Shown piece by piece: positions 10,013 to 18,530 of a stretch of 64,000 nucleotides of DNA. Positions within the stretch are counted from its first letter, which is position 1, and each line of letters starts with the position of its first letter. The DNA lies in NCBI GenBank assembly GCA_963787975.1, contig CAWBEU010000008.1, forward strand, positions 221,583 through 285,582. The letters are read 5' to 3'. The translations under genes were made by a program, and so were the position numbers. Origin of the DNA: an uncultured Thermoplasmata archaeon (GTDB lineage: Archaea; Thermoplasmatota; Thermoplasmata; Lutacidiplasmatales; UBA184). Below the pieces are notes generated by a model, which was not told the DNA's origin, searched no databases, and saw only the letters and a list, made by a program, of their open reading frames with translations.

Positions 10013-10524
10013 ACCGCCGCCCGGTCGCACGACCGTCGCCACGCACACCCCGAGCATCGTCCCGGACTCGGAAGTGCGCGACCATCGTAGGGAGCCGCCA
10101 CCTCGCGGCGCAGGTCGAGAACACGGTGCCGGAGTTCCGAAGTCCAATCGATACGGAACTCGCCTCCGTCTCCGTACCGGAGAAGGCCGTAGGGAGGGGC
10201 CCGTCCGGTCGTCTCCTCCACGAGGAGGCAGTACGTGGCGATCTGGATCTGGTGAGAGGCAGGCGGTCCGGCCCGGGGCGTGGCGCGGCTCTTGAGCTCC
10301 ACGGGCACCCATCGTCCATCCGGCAGCACCCGGAGCTCGTCGGGTCGTCCGGCGATCCGGAAGCGCGGAGAGCGCAACAGCATCCCCGGATGGCTCGGTA
10401 GGTCGGCCCGGAGCAGGCGGCCGGCCCGCTGCTGCTGACGCCGCCGGGCCAGTGCCACGACCCCTGCTGCAAAAATGATGCCTCCGGCGGTGAGAGTCAC
10501 GAGGATCCACGGTGGAGGGATCAT
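10009..10524 (-). CDS. Cas4/RecB-family PD-(D/E)xK nuclease core with N-terminal TM helix (C-terminal piece)
   Basis: ATG 10524 overlaps the upstream stop (ATGA at 10521-10524). TM helix PPPWILVTLTAGGIIFAAGVVAL, then GRPDELRV, VPVELKS (ExK), HQIQIATY (QxxxY), and C-terminal CSGCAWRRSC (Cx2Cx5C). Confidence 0.75.
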   Translation of the reverse strand: MIPPPWILVTLTAGGIIFAAGVVALARRRQQQRAGRLLRADLPSHPGMLLRSPRFRIAGRPDELRVLPDGRWVPVELKSRATPRAGPPASHQIQIATYCLLVEETTGRAPPYGLLRYGDGGEFRIDWTSELRHRVLDLRREVAAPYDGRALPSPGRCSGCAWRRSCDRAAV

Positions 10525-10799
10525 AGGACTCCGACCTGAGCGAGCGCGAGCAGGCAGAGGAGCCCACCGGCCACCACGAGAATCCACCACACGATCGACC
10601 ACCGCTCGCGCCGGTATCGCGTCGTCAGAGTACGCGCATGGAATCGTTCCCCCCCGGCGAGAGCGGCCACGCTCGAAGGCGCGGGACCCTCGGGTGGGGG
10701 GTGCGCCCGGTACCAGTGGGCGCGGGGACAGAAGGCGTACTCCGCGAGCTGGCTCGCGGTCACCCATCCGGCGGACGGGTCCTCCGAGGGGCGGACCAC
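10521..10799 (-). CDS. Cas4-family N-terminal piece (first Fe-S cysteine) ending in a TM helix
   Basis: 92 aa. Motifs ASQLAEYAFCPRAHWY and GERFHAR, then TM helix WSIVWWILVVAGGLLCLLALA. It is either a genuine split gene or the 5' part of one gene broken by a 1-nt deletion near 10526. Confidence 0.65.
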   Translation of the reverse strand: MVRPSEDPSAGWVTASQLAEYAFCPRAHWYRAHPPPEGPAPSSVAALAGGERFHARTLTTRYRRERWSIVWWILVVAGGLLCLLALAQVGVL

Positions 10800-12160
10800 G
10801 GGGGACGGTCGTGTCCTTCCTCGGCTTCAAACCGAGGGACGGAGTGGAATGCGCTCGACGGCGCCTCGGACACCACGGACTCTGTCGGCGGCTTCGTCGG
10901 AGTCAACGCCGAGACCGCACCGGGGTGGGCGCCTACGGACCGGGACCCCTCGCGCAAGATCAGCACCAACAGGAGGAGGAGCAGTAGTCCGAACACTCCC
11001 CCGAACCCCTGCGACAGCGTGCAGGCCCCCTGGTTCATGCAGGCCGGGAGCGCGATCGTCGCGTCCGCGAAGCCGATGGCGCCGAGCGCGAAGAGCCACC
11101 GGGCATAGACCGGACCGAGAAGGGCGACGGGAAGAAGCCAGATCATGAAGTTCTCCGTGAACCGCTGCGCCACGAGCGCGACCACGACCGTGAGGAGCGC
11201 GATCGCGGGAACGGCGGGCCACTTTCGGAGATGGACGAAGGCGAGTGCGCCGAGGAGCGATACTCCCTGGATGGCCTCCAGCACGAGCGCCGGCGGCATC
11301 GCTCCGATCGGGATCAGCACACCGAACTCGTTAATCGAGAAGTCCGCTCTCGTGAGCTGCGTGGCGAAGAGGAGGTTGTAGGCGTTGCCGCCCCAGATCG
11401 CTATGACGAGGAGGCTCAGACCCGCGAAGACGACCACGGAGAGGACGAACGCTCGCCACCGTTCGGCTCCCACGCCGGAGAGACCGCCCCAGAAGGGGAA
11501 GAGCGACGGAAATTTCACCGTCGACAGGAATCCCGCCACGACGCCGGCCGCCGGATTGCGGCGGAGCGCGAGCCAGATGCCGAGCAGGGCCGTGACTGGC
11601 ACGACCGCGCTGTGGCCTCCCTGGATCGAGCCGACGACGAGCGGCGCGTAGAGCATCGACGTCGCGACGAAGATCGTCGTGTACCATCGCTGGGCCCCGG
11701 CGAGAATCCAGATGAGCGGGATCAGCAGGAGCGCCAGCAAGTTCCAGACCAGCCAGATTCCCACGCGACCGCCCAGACTGCCGAGGGCATCGAACAGCAC
11801 ACTCGCCAACCCATAGGGGACCAGGACCCAGTGCCCGCACTGAGACGTTACGAGCGGATTTCCCCCCGATAAGAAATTTCGTGCGGACTGGAGCAGGGCA
11901 AGCGTGTCGTCCTCGCCCGCCGAACAGGGGACCGGAGCCGACTGGACGAAGGCGGCGGCCACGAACACCACGCCCAGGACGAGCGCCACGACCCGCCAGT
12001 CCCAACGCACCGCGGAGATTCCCCCGAGTCGGCGGACCAGGTTCCGGTCGATCCAGGCCTGGAAGGCGGGGGCGCCCGGCCACCCATACAGGACGACCAG
12101 ACCACTGACGACGAAGGCCACCAGCTCCGGGGCCGCGGACTCGAGCAGGGAAGTTGTCAA
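10760..12160 (-). CDS. Polytopic membrane protein, GT-C / DUF2029-like putative glycosyltransferase
   Basis: 466 aa with >10 hydrophobic helices. An early loop EDDTLALLQSARNFLSGGNPL resembles the DUF2029/GT87 signature. The 3' end overlaps the next ORF by 40 nt. Confidence 0.5.
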   Translation of the reverse strand: MTTSLLESAAPELVAFVVSGLVVLYGWPGAPAFQAWIDRNLVRRLGGISAVRWDWRVVALVLGVVFVAAAFVQSAPVPCSAGEDDTLALLQSARNFLSGGNPLVTSQCGHWVLVPYGLASVLFDALGSLGGRVGIWLVWNLLALLLIPLIWILAGAQRWYTTIFVATSMLYAPLVVGSIQGGHSAVVPVTALLGIWLALRRNPAAGVVAGFLSTVKFPSLFPFWGGLSGVGAERWRAFVLSVVVFAGLSLLVIAIWGGNAYNLLFATQLTRADFSINEFGVLIPIGAMPPALVLEAIQGVSLLGALAFVHLRKWPAVPAIALLTVVVALVAQRFTENFMIWLLPVALLGPVYARWLFALGAIGFADATIALPACMNQGACTLSQGFGGVFGLLLLLLLVLILREGSRSVGAHPGAVSALTPTKPPTESVVSEAPSSAFHSVPRFEAEEGHDRPPWSAPRRTRPPDG

Positions 12161-12233
12161 CGAGCGCCGAGCGGCCGCTTCAGCAATACGATTTCCGTCC
12201 GCGCAGGCCCCCGGTCTTTCCGACCTGAGGGGG

Positions 12234-12641
12234 CTACGTGGAGGCGGGCGGCGACACGGACTTCTTCGTCCGGGGTTTCTTGGGCGCCGCGTCGGCGCCC
12301 TCCGTCGTGGCGGGAACGTCGTCCGCTGGCGGGGCCTTGGGCGGCTTCTTGGAGGCTCCCGGCGTGGCGGACTCCGTGGACGCGGCCTTCGGCTTGCCGC
12401 CCTCCGCCTTCGGGGTCGGCGTTTCGGTGGCCGCCGGCTGACGGCGCTGTTCGGCGAGCCGCTTCAGTTCGTGGGCTCGGGTCCAACGGAGGCGGTGGCC
12501 GACGCGGCCGAGGCCCATCTGTTGCTTGCGGCACGACGAGGAGCAGAACGAGTACAGCGAGCCGTCGCGCTTGACGAACAGCTGGCCGGTGCCGGGCTCG
12601 ATCTCCCCGGCGCAGAACGAACAGGTGCGGTGGACGACCAT
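12234..12641 (-). CDS. rpl24e: 50S ribosomal protein L24e with long low-complexity C-terminal extension
   Basis: N-terminus MVVHRTCSFCAGEIEPGTGQLFVKRDGSLYSFCSSSCRK is the L24e zinc ribbon. It is followed by ~70 aa rich in K/P/A/T. Confidence 0.9.
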   Translation of the reverse strand: MVVHRTCSFCAGEIEPGTGQLFVKRDGSLYSFCSSSCRKQQMGLGRVGHRLRWTRAHELKRLAEQRRQPAATETPTPKAEGGKPKAASTESATPGASKKPPKAPPADDVPATTEGADAAPKKPRTKKSVSPPAST

Positions 12642-12654
12642 GGACGGGGTGCCC

Positions 12655-12869
12655 TCAACGCACCGACAGCTTTCGCGCTTCTCGGGCCGTCTCGCGGAGG
12701 ACGAGCACGTCGCCGACGCGGATCGGTCCCATCACGTTGCGGGCGATGATCTTCCCCGGTCCCGGCCGGCGAGCACCCGGACCTTGACCTGGGTGGCCTC
12801 TCCGGCCATCCCGGTCCGTCCGACGAGCTCCACGACCTCTGCCGGGGAACCCTTGTCCTCTTCCGCCAT
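12655..12869 (-). CDS. rps28e: 30S ribosomal protein S28e, interrupted by an apparent 1-nt deletion
   Basis: ATG 12869 is preceded by AGGAG. Frame A reads [39 protein letters not shown]. Listed ORF 12655..12876 supplies [33 protein letters not shown]. The frames join if the C4 run at 12754-12757 were C5, giving 71 aa. Confidence 0.8.
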
Positions 12870-12897
12870 CGTCCACTCCTAGGATCGCCGGGGTCGG

Positions 12898-13269
12898 TTA
12901 CTTCTTCAGCGTTGTGTAGGCGCCGGTGAGTTCCTCGAGGATGCTCTTCCCTTCGCCCGCCTCGACGACGGCGACGCTCGCCGCCGACTTGGAAAGGCCG
13001 GCCGACTGGCCGAGGCGTTGCTTCTTCGGTACGTAGACGTACGGGATCCGCTTCTCCTCGCAGAGCATGGGGATGTGGGCGAGGATCTCGATCGGGTCGA
13101 CGTCCTCGGCCATGACCACGAGCTTGGCTTCCGCCCGCTCGCTCGCCTTGGTCACTTCGTTCGTGCCGACGCGCAACTTGCCCGTCTCGCGGGCGATCTG
13201 CACGAGCTGCAGCGCCTTGTCGGCAATTTCGGTCGGGGTCTCAAACCGGATGTAAATCGCTCGCGCCAT
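12898..13269 (-). CDS. rpl7ae: 50S ribosomal protein L7Ae (kink-turn binding)
   Basis: 123 aa. Motifs GKLRVGTNEVTKASERAEAKLVVMAEDVDPIEILAHIPMLCEEKRIPYVYVPKKQRLG. Confidence 0.95.
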   Translation of the reverse strand: MARAIYIRFETPTEIADKALQLVQIARETGKLRVGTNEVTKASERAEAKLVVMAEDVDPIEILAHIPMLCEEKRIPYVYVPKKQRLGQSAGLSKSAASVAVVEAGEGKSILEELTGAYTTLKK

Positions 13270-13386
13270 TGTTTCCTCGCGTCAGCGGAAACCCCAGCGG
13301 GGTCCCTCGGCTCACGGGTGGACCCGTGGCTACGGACGACGGTATTTAGCCCTACCTGCGCGGGGTCGCGGTCCTTTCGCCCTAAC

Positions 13387-14454
13387 CTAGGCGGAGCCCG
13401 CCCTGGCCGCTTGGAGGAAGGGTGGAACGGCTTCCGGATGGCTCTGGAAGAACCGTGTGGCGGGTTCCGTGATCCGGGTGAGGGCCGCCGTTACGGCCGC
13501 CTTCAGGTCCTGAGGGTGCAACGACCCGGCCTTCCACGTGGTCAGGAACTCCTCCTCGGTGGCAAGCACGAGCGGACCTCCGTGTTTTGCGGCGCGCTCG
13601 ACCGAGAGCTTGCCCTCCCAGGGGAAAATCACGAAGCGAACCAGTTCGACCACCGGATTGCCGTCGACCTCCTTCGCGGGGCAGTACGCCGCCTCGATGC
13701 GCGATGCGATGACCTCCGGATCCGAAGGAATAGGGATGCCGGCCGTCGGGTCGGACTTCGACATCTTCCGCTCGACGGTCTGGGCCTCCGGGTCCATGCG
13801 TCCCCCGCCCTTGAGGGACGAGATGAGCGGAGTATGGACAGCGACCGGCACGGGCCAGTGGTAATGGTGTGCAACTTCGCGCGCCAGCACGTGGGCCCGT
13901 CGCTGGTCGATGCCGGCGTAGGCGATCTCGACCGGTAGCTCGAAGATATCGGCCGCCTGCATCGACGGATAGAACAGCTTCGCCGTGTCCATGTTGGCGT
14001 CGTCCTCGGCGCGTCCCATGATCGGCAACGCCCGACGCGACCGGGCCAGCGAGGTCGCCTTCGCGACCCGGACGACACGGTCCCAGTATCCTTTCTGAGC
14101 CTGGAGGTCCTTAGCCCACCGGAACTCGGTCCGGTCCGGGTCCACCCCGAGCGCGAGGAACCCGCTCTGCATGTACTGCCCGCACTCACGGATCTTCTCG
14201 AGCGAGCCGCCGAGCTTGTCGTTGATCCACGCGTGCCAGTCCGCGAGGAACACCGTGACGCGGCAACCGGCGTCGGTCAGGTCGCGTATCTTCCGGGTCG
14301 GGATCAGATGACCGACATGGAGCAGACCCGAGGGCTCGAATCCGATGTACGCCCGGGGCGCCGACTCGCGCTCGAAGAGCGGTCGGACCTCTTCGGGCGT
14401 CAGGACCTCGGCAGTGTTCCGGGTCACCAGGGCGACGCGTTCCCCGAGGTCCAC
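13387..14454 (-). CDS. tyrS: Tyrosine--tRNA ligase (archaeal type)
   Basis: GTG 14454 (VDLGERVALVTRNTAEVLTPEEV) is the only plausible start before the conserved N-terminus. Motifs YIGFEPSGLLHVGH (HIGH), FLADWHAWIN, KMSKSDP (KMSKS). The upstream 102 aa of the listed ORF are shadow. Confidence 0.9.
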   Translation of the reverse strand: MDLGERVALVTRNTAEVLTPEEVRPLFERESAPRAYIGFEPSGLLHVGHLIPTRKIRDLTDAGCRVTVFLADWHAWINDKLGGSLEKIRECGQYMQSGFLALGVDPDRTEFRWAKDLQAQKGYWDRVVRVAKATSLARSRRALPIMGRAEDDANMDTAKLFYPSMQAADIFELPVEIAYAGIDQRRAHVLAREVAHHYHWPVPVAVHTPLISSLKGGGRMDPEAQTVERKMSKSDPTAGIPIPSDPEVIASRIEAAYCPAKEVDGNPVVELVRFVIFPWEGKLSVERAAKHGGPLVLATEEEFLTTWKAGSLHPQDLKAAVTAALTRITEPATRFFQSHPEAVPPFLQAARAGSA

Positions 14455-14477
14455 GCCTGCGCGAGGAACCGCGGCTC

Positions 14478-14484
14478 TATTTAT
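14478..14484. promoter_or_regulatory. TATA-like box (TATTTAT) shared by divergent tyrS and the metallopeptidase-like gene
   Basis: This is the only A/T-rich element in the 52-bp spacer. Its centre lies ~27 nt from GTG 14454 (minus) and ~26 nt from ATG 14507 (plus). Confidence 0.45.
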
Positions 14485-14506
14485 GCCCCCATGTTCGAAA
14501 CCCTCG

Positions 14507-15064
14507 ATGGGAGCTGACCTCTCGCCCACGCGCCGACTGCAGCGCTGGCCGCAGGCGACGGAGCTGCTCGGAACCGTCGCACAGGTAGCGGAGGCGTTTC
14601 CGGAGTTGTCCGGCCTACGGGTCCGGGTAGACCTTCTTCCGTCGGGTTCGCGGCGCCTCGGCACCGCATCGATCCTCGAACGGCCCCCGCGAGTGGCCTT
14701 CCACCCGCGTCTGGCCGGGCGTCCGGGCGAGCTCGCCGCGACGGCGGCCCACGAGTTCATGCACCTGCTGCAGTGGCCGCTCCACCAGGTACCGAACGGC
14801 GAGCGGGCCTGCGACCTCTACGTTCTGGCCCGGTTCGGCACCCGATTCCAGGGACCTCCCTACTATCTCGATGTCCCCCGGAAGGCGCGGGACCATTGGG
14901 ACTCCTGGGCCCTTCTGGCGAGCGACCTGGCCCGGCAGGCTCTCGAAGAACGCCGGCAAGGACGGCGACAGTACCTCCGCTGGTGGGAGGATGAGTTCCG
15001 CTCCCGGGTCCCGGGATCGGTCTCTACGGGCTGGGGCCCGGAGATGGCGACGAGCGCCCCCTGA
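14507..15064 (+). CDS. Putative HExxH zinc metallopeptidase (SprT/DUF45-like)
   Basis: ATG 14507 (MGADLSPTRRL). The motif AAHEFMHLLQW follows a segment resembling the SprT-type fold. No closer family assignment is possible by eye. Confidence 0.5.
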   Translation: MGADLSPTRRLQRWPQATELLGTVAQVAEAFPELSGLRVRVDLLPSGSRRLGTASILERPPRVAFHPRLAGRPGELAATAAHEFMHLLQWPLHQVPNGERACDLYVLARFGTRFQGPPYYLDVPRKARDHWDSWALLASDLARQALEERRQGRRQYLRWWEDEFRSRVPGSVSTGWGPEMATSAP

Positions 15065-15124
15065 CGGGGCCGCCGGCCGCCCACAGGACTTAAGCTCGCT
15101 TGCCCCCCTTGTAACAGGGCCCCG

Positions 15125-17263
15125 ATGACGGACTCGACGGACGCTTCGGCCGAGAGAGCCCCTCCCCGGGACGAAGCGACCCCGAACCAACCCAAGGAGC
15201 GGAAGCCCGGGTCGGACGCACCGGAACCGACCTCGCCCAGCGGCGAGCGGATCGTCGAGAGGTGGATGGCGTCGGTCAGCAAGGCCGAGCGGCCGAAGCG
15301 CCTCAAGATCAGCACCCCCACGAAAGGCTCGGCGGATGTCCTCCGCAAGTGGGTCGAGGGCGACGACTCCGTTCTGGAATCCTGGATCCAATCCTCGGAA
15401 CCGGCCCCCCCTCGGGCCACCCCGTCGACCACTCTCCCGGAGGAGCTCGGTCTGCCCTCGACCGTCCCCGGAGGCCCGAGCCCGCCTACCCTCCCACCTT
15501 CGGATCGTTCGGTGCCCCCCGGCTCGGCCGCCGTCGGGGAGCGAGAAGCCACGCTCGTGCGCTGGCTCACCGACCTCCTGGACCGAGTGAAGTCCGACCA
15601 GTTCGAGCCCCACTCGCTGGTGCAGGAGCTACAGGACATCCAACGACAGCTCTACGACGAGCGCCAGAAGCGGAAGCAGATGGAGGAGGAGCTCGAGCAC
15701 GTCAAGCGGGGCTCGATCGCCGTCATCAAGTACGTCCGGAACCGGGAAGCCAAGGCCCGGGAGCAACTCGTCCAGGAGATGGAGGGCCGGATATCGGAAC
15801 TCCAGATGGCCCTCGACCGGGCCGGCACCGAGATCGCTCCGGCCGCGGCCGCCCCGGTCGCCCCCGAGCCGAGCGAAGGGATGGCCGGGTCGCCGAACGG
15901 GCCCGAGGGCGTGTCCCGGGAGTCCGATGCCCGGGTCCGACTCGAGTTCGCCGAACGGGAGCACGGCTACATCGAGCGAGAGACAGAATTGCGCCGGCGT
16001 CAAATCCAGCTCGAGGAAGAGATCCGGAACCTGCGTTCCGAGCTCGAGCTGTCGAAGAAACGATTCGAAACCGTGGGCGCGGACGAGCGTTCCCTTACCG
16101 AGGCCCTGCAATCCCGCATGAACACCGCCGACATGCGGGAGCGCGAGCTCGCCCGACGCGAGAACGAGCTGCGGACCAAGTTCGAGGAGATCCGTCTCCA
16201 GACGGAAGAAATCGAGCGACGCCGCACGCCGCTCGAGTACAAGGAAAAGGAGCTCCAGGCCTGGGAACAGGAGCTGCGGATCCAGAAGGAATCCGTCGCG
16301 CTCCAGATGCGTCGGGTCGAGGAGGCGAAGCTCACCGGCGGGTCGCTCGACTCGGCCGAGAAGAAAAAGCACCTCACCGACCTCCAGATGGAGGTCACCA
16401 AGCGGGAGGAGGAGCTCCGGACACGGGAACAATTCCTCAGCCAGCGGATGCAGGAGCTGGAGGGACTCGAGGGCAAGGCCGCCGAGGCCGAGGCCGAGAA
16501 GGCGCAGGCCGACGTCGCGGCCACGAGCTCGGCCAAGAAGGTCCGCACGGGGGTACGCCGGTTGGACGACCTCCTGTTCGGCGGCATCCCCATCGGCTCC
16601 CAGCTGCTGGTCAACGGACCGGCCCACACGGGCAAGGACGTCGTGGCCCGGGCGTTCATGACGGAGGGGCTCCGGAACGGCGCCGGCGCGATCTGGGTCC
16701 TTACGGACAAGACCTACCAGACGGTCCGCGAGGAAGCGACCGGCTTCCTGCCCAACTATCTCGAGCTCGAGCAGAAGGGCCTCGTCAAGTACATCGACCT
16801 CTACTCGCGGAGCCTCGGCCTCACCGAGGGAGAGCGGAACGCCGTCCTGTTCTCGATGACCGACAAGGGGGCCATGGAAGGCCTCACGGCCAAGGTCAAC
16901 GAGTTCGCCCTCGAGTTTCGGCAGAAGGGGATCCCGTACCGGCTCGTCTTCGAATCGGTCTCGACAATCACGGCCTACCTCGACACCGCCGCGACGTTCC
17001 GGTTCCTCCAGCCGTTCGTCGGCCGGCGGAAGGTCGACGGGGCCGCCGGCTACTACCTCATCGAGACCGGCATGCACAGCGAGGCCGACATCCGGACCCT
17101 CGAGCACATGATGGACGGGTCGATCAACCTCAAGATCGACCAGTTGAAGAATTTCCTGTCGGTGCGGGGCATCACCGACGTGCAATCTCGGGCCTGGGTC
17201 GGGTACACGTTCACGAAGCGCGCCTTCTCGCTCGGTTCCTTCTCGCTCGACCACATCCGGTAG
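15125..17263 (+). CDS. Long coiled-coil protein with C-terminal KaiC/RecA-superfamily ATPase-like domain (degenerate Walker A)
   Basis: 712 aa. P/S/E-rich N-terminus, ~350 aa of E/R/K/L heptad-like sequence, then RRLDDLLFGGIPIGSQLLVNGPAHTGKDVV...YRLVFESVS...GYYLIETGMH (KaiC/COG0467-like). Confidence 0.75.
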   Translation: MTDSTDASAERAPPRDEATPNQPKERKPGSDAPEPTSPSGERIVERWMASVSKAERPKRLKISTPTKGSADVLRKWVEGDDSVLESWIQSSEPAPPRATPSTTLPEELGLPSTVPGGPSPPTLPPSDRSVPPGSAAVGEREATLVRWLTDLLDRVKSDQFEPHSLVQELQDIQRQLYDERQKRKQMEEELEHVKRGSIAVIKYVRNREAKAREQLVQEMEGRISELQMALDRAGTEIAPAAAAPVAPEPSEGMAGSPNGPEGVSRESDARVRLEFAEREHGYIERETELRRRQIQLEEEIRNLRSELELSKKRFETVGADERSLTEALQSRMNTADMRERELARRENELRTKFEEIRLQTEEIERRRTPLEYKEKELQAWEQELRIQKESVALQMRRVEEAKLTGGSLDSAEKKKHLTDLQMEVTKREEELRTREQFLSQRMQELEGLEGKAAEAEAEKAQADVAATSSAKKVRTGVRRLDDLLFGGIPIGSQLLVNGPAHTGKDVVARAFMTEGLRNGAGAIWVLTDKTYQTVREEATGFLPNYLELEQKGLVKYIDLYSRSLGLTEGERNAVLFSMTDKGAMEGLTAKVNEFALEFRQKGIPYRLVFESVSTITAYLDTAATFRFLQPFVGRRKVDGAAGYYLIETGMHSEADIRTLEHMMDGSINLKIDQLKNFLSVRGITDVQSRAWVGYTFTKRAFSLGSFSLDHIR

Positions 17264-17277
17264 GTGGGGGGCGGCCG

Positions 17278-18447
17278 ATGCCGCAGGTTGTGACCTCGCG
17301 CATCGAAATGGCCACGCGACCCGGTCGATGGTCGGGTCGCGCGGTGGGCCACTCAGCCCTCGTCGTGGTGGTGGGGCTTCTGCTTTGCACCGTCGGGGAG
17401 GCCCACGGGGAGCGCAGCATCGACGGCCTCGCCCGACCCGCGCAGCCGCCGGTGCCTCTTGTCGCGTGGGCCAACGCGACGCCCGGTGGGGCCAGCGTGA
17501 TTTCGGCTCCCCCCTCGATCTACCAGCCCCCTCTGTTGCTCAACCTGAGCGCGGAGGTAACGGGGGGTTCCCCGCCGTACCACGCACTCTGGATGCCGGG
17601 TGACGGAAGCTCGGATGGAGGCCTGACCGTACCGTACGTGTTGATCACCCCGCCGGGGTTCTACCGAGTCGCGCTCACCCTCACCGACTCGGCCACGTGG
17701 ACGACGATTGCCACGACCGCGCCGTTCGTCGCGGTGCAGAGTCTCATCGAGACCGGTGTCGAGGCCAATGCCAATGTGACGTTCGGTCCGGCACCCCTCG
17801 CCGTGGGGTTCACGGGAAGGCCGTACAGCGGCTCCGCAGATCACCCGGCCTGGAATTTCAGTGATGGCGCCCCTGCCATGGCCGGCTGGAATGTGAGCCA
17901 CACCTACGCCCGGCCGGGCAGCTACGCCGCCGTCCTCAATGCCACGACCCCCGGCGGTTCGCCCGTCACCTACACCACCACCATCCTTGTCGCCGGCACT
18001 TCGGAGCCACCGATCGTCGTGGCGAACGCCACCGCCACTTCGGGCGGATGCGGTCCGGGCGACACCCGGTTCTTCAAGGTCAATCTATCCAGCGAGGCCG
18101 CAGGCGGGGCAGCGCCCTACCAGTACGAATGGTTCTTTGGCGACGGATTCACCGGAACGGGCGCTACGGTTACTCACCAGTACACCAACGACCTCGCGTC
18201 GACGATCGTTCCTCGGGTCCGGGTTGTGGACAGTCAAGGTGCGGTGAGTACGAGCTCCGTCCCGGTCCGGGCGTATGGGCCTGACTGTGGGCATCCTATC
18301 GGGTTTCCAATGGATGCTTGGCTGCTGGAACTGAGCCTGGGCTATCTTGGCCTCCTCGGCGCCACCACCATCGCGGTGGGCGTGTGGCTCTGGAGACGAT
18401 CTCGGCCACCTCGCCCATCGTCGGGAAGTCCCATCCACTCGCCCTAG
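17278..18447 (+). CDS. Secreted/anchored surface protein with ~3 PKD-like repeats, C-terminal TM anchor
   Basis: ATG 17278 is in frame with the tail of listed ORF 15262..18447. Signal/TM HSALVVVVGLLLCTVGEA. PKD-like WNFSDGAPAMAGWNVSHTYARPGSY and YEWFFGDGFTGTGATVTHQY. Eight N-x-S/T sequons. C-terminal TM LGLLGATTIAVGVWLW. Confidence 0.8.
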   Translation: MPQVVTSRIEMATRPGRWSGRAVGHSALVVVVGLLLCTVGEAHGERSIDGLARPAQPPVPLVAWANATPGGASVISAPPSIYQPPLLLNLSAEVTGGSPPYHALWMPGDGSSDGGLTVPYVLITPPGFYRVALTLTDSATWTTIATTAPFVAVQSLIETGVEANANVTFGPAPLAVGFTGRPYSGSADHPAWNFSDGAPAMAGWNVSHTYARPGSYAAVLNATTPGGSPVTYTTTILVAGTSEPPIVVANATATSGGCGPGDTRFFKVNLSSEAAGGAAPYQYEWFFGDGFTGTGATVTHQYTNDLASTIVPRVRVVDSQGAVSTSSVPVRAYGPDCGHPIGFPMDAWLLELSLGYLGLLGATTIAVGVWLWRRSRPPRPSSGSPIHSP

Positions 18448-18501
18448 AGCCGGCGAGCCCCTCGGCGAGAGCGGCGGCGATCCCTTTGCTTTGGTGACAA
18501 G

Positions 18502-18508
18502 TATATAT
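18502..18508 (+). promoter_or_regulatory. TATA box (TATATAT) for the SRP RNA gene
   Basis: Lies ~25-30 nt upstream of the inferred SRP RNA 5' end. Confidence 0.5.
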
Positions 18509-18530
18509 CCCGACGCTCCGTGGATTTCGA

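Noticed and set aside
9344-10567. 407-aa minus-strand ORF overlapping the SAM methyltransferase and the Cas4-like gene. Many similar >100-aa R/P/G-rich ORFs occur across the window, for example 1646..2272, 5684..7054, 26513..27142, 40668..41744 and 53681..55246.
   Set aside because: They overlap better-supported genes in other frames and have the Arg/Pro/Gly-dominated composition expected from stop-codon-poor high-GC DNA.
12655-12876. Treating rps28e and the other interrupted genes as genuine pseudogenes or programmed frameshifts.
   Set aside because: S28e is essential. Most breaks are explained by a single base in a short homopolymer (missing in all but one case), so consensus error is the more economical reading. 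This is kept as an explicit finding to verify with reads.
15262-17277. First ~670 codons of the 1061-aa ORF 15262..18447.
   Set aside because: The R/G/P-rich translation overlaps, out of frame, the convincing coiled-coil/KaiC-like gene 15125..17263. This is typical high-GC shadow. Only the part from ATG 17278 (signal peptide, PKD repeats) looks real.
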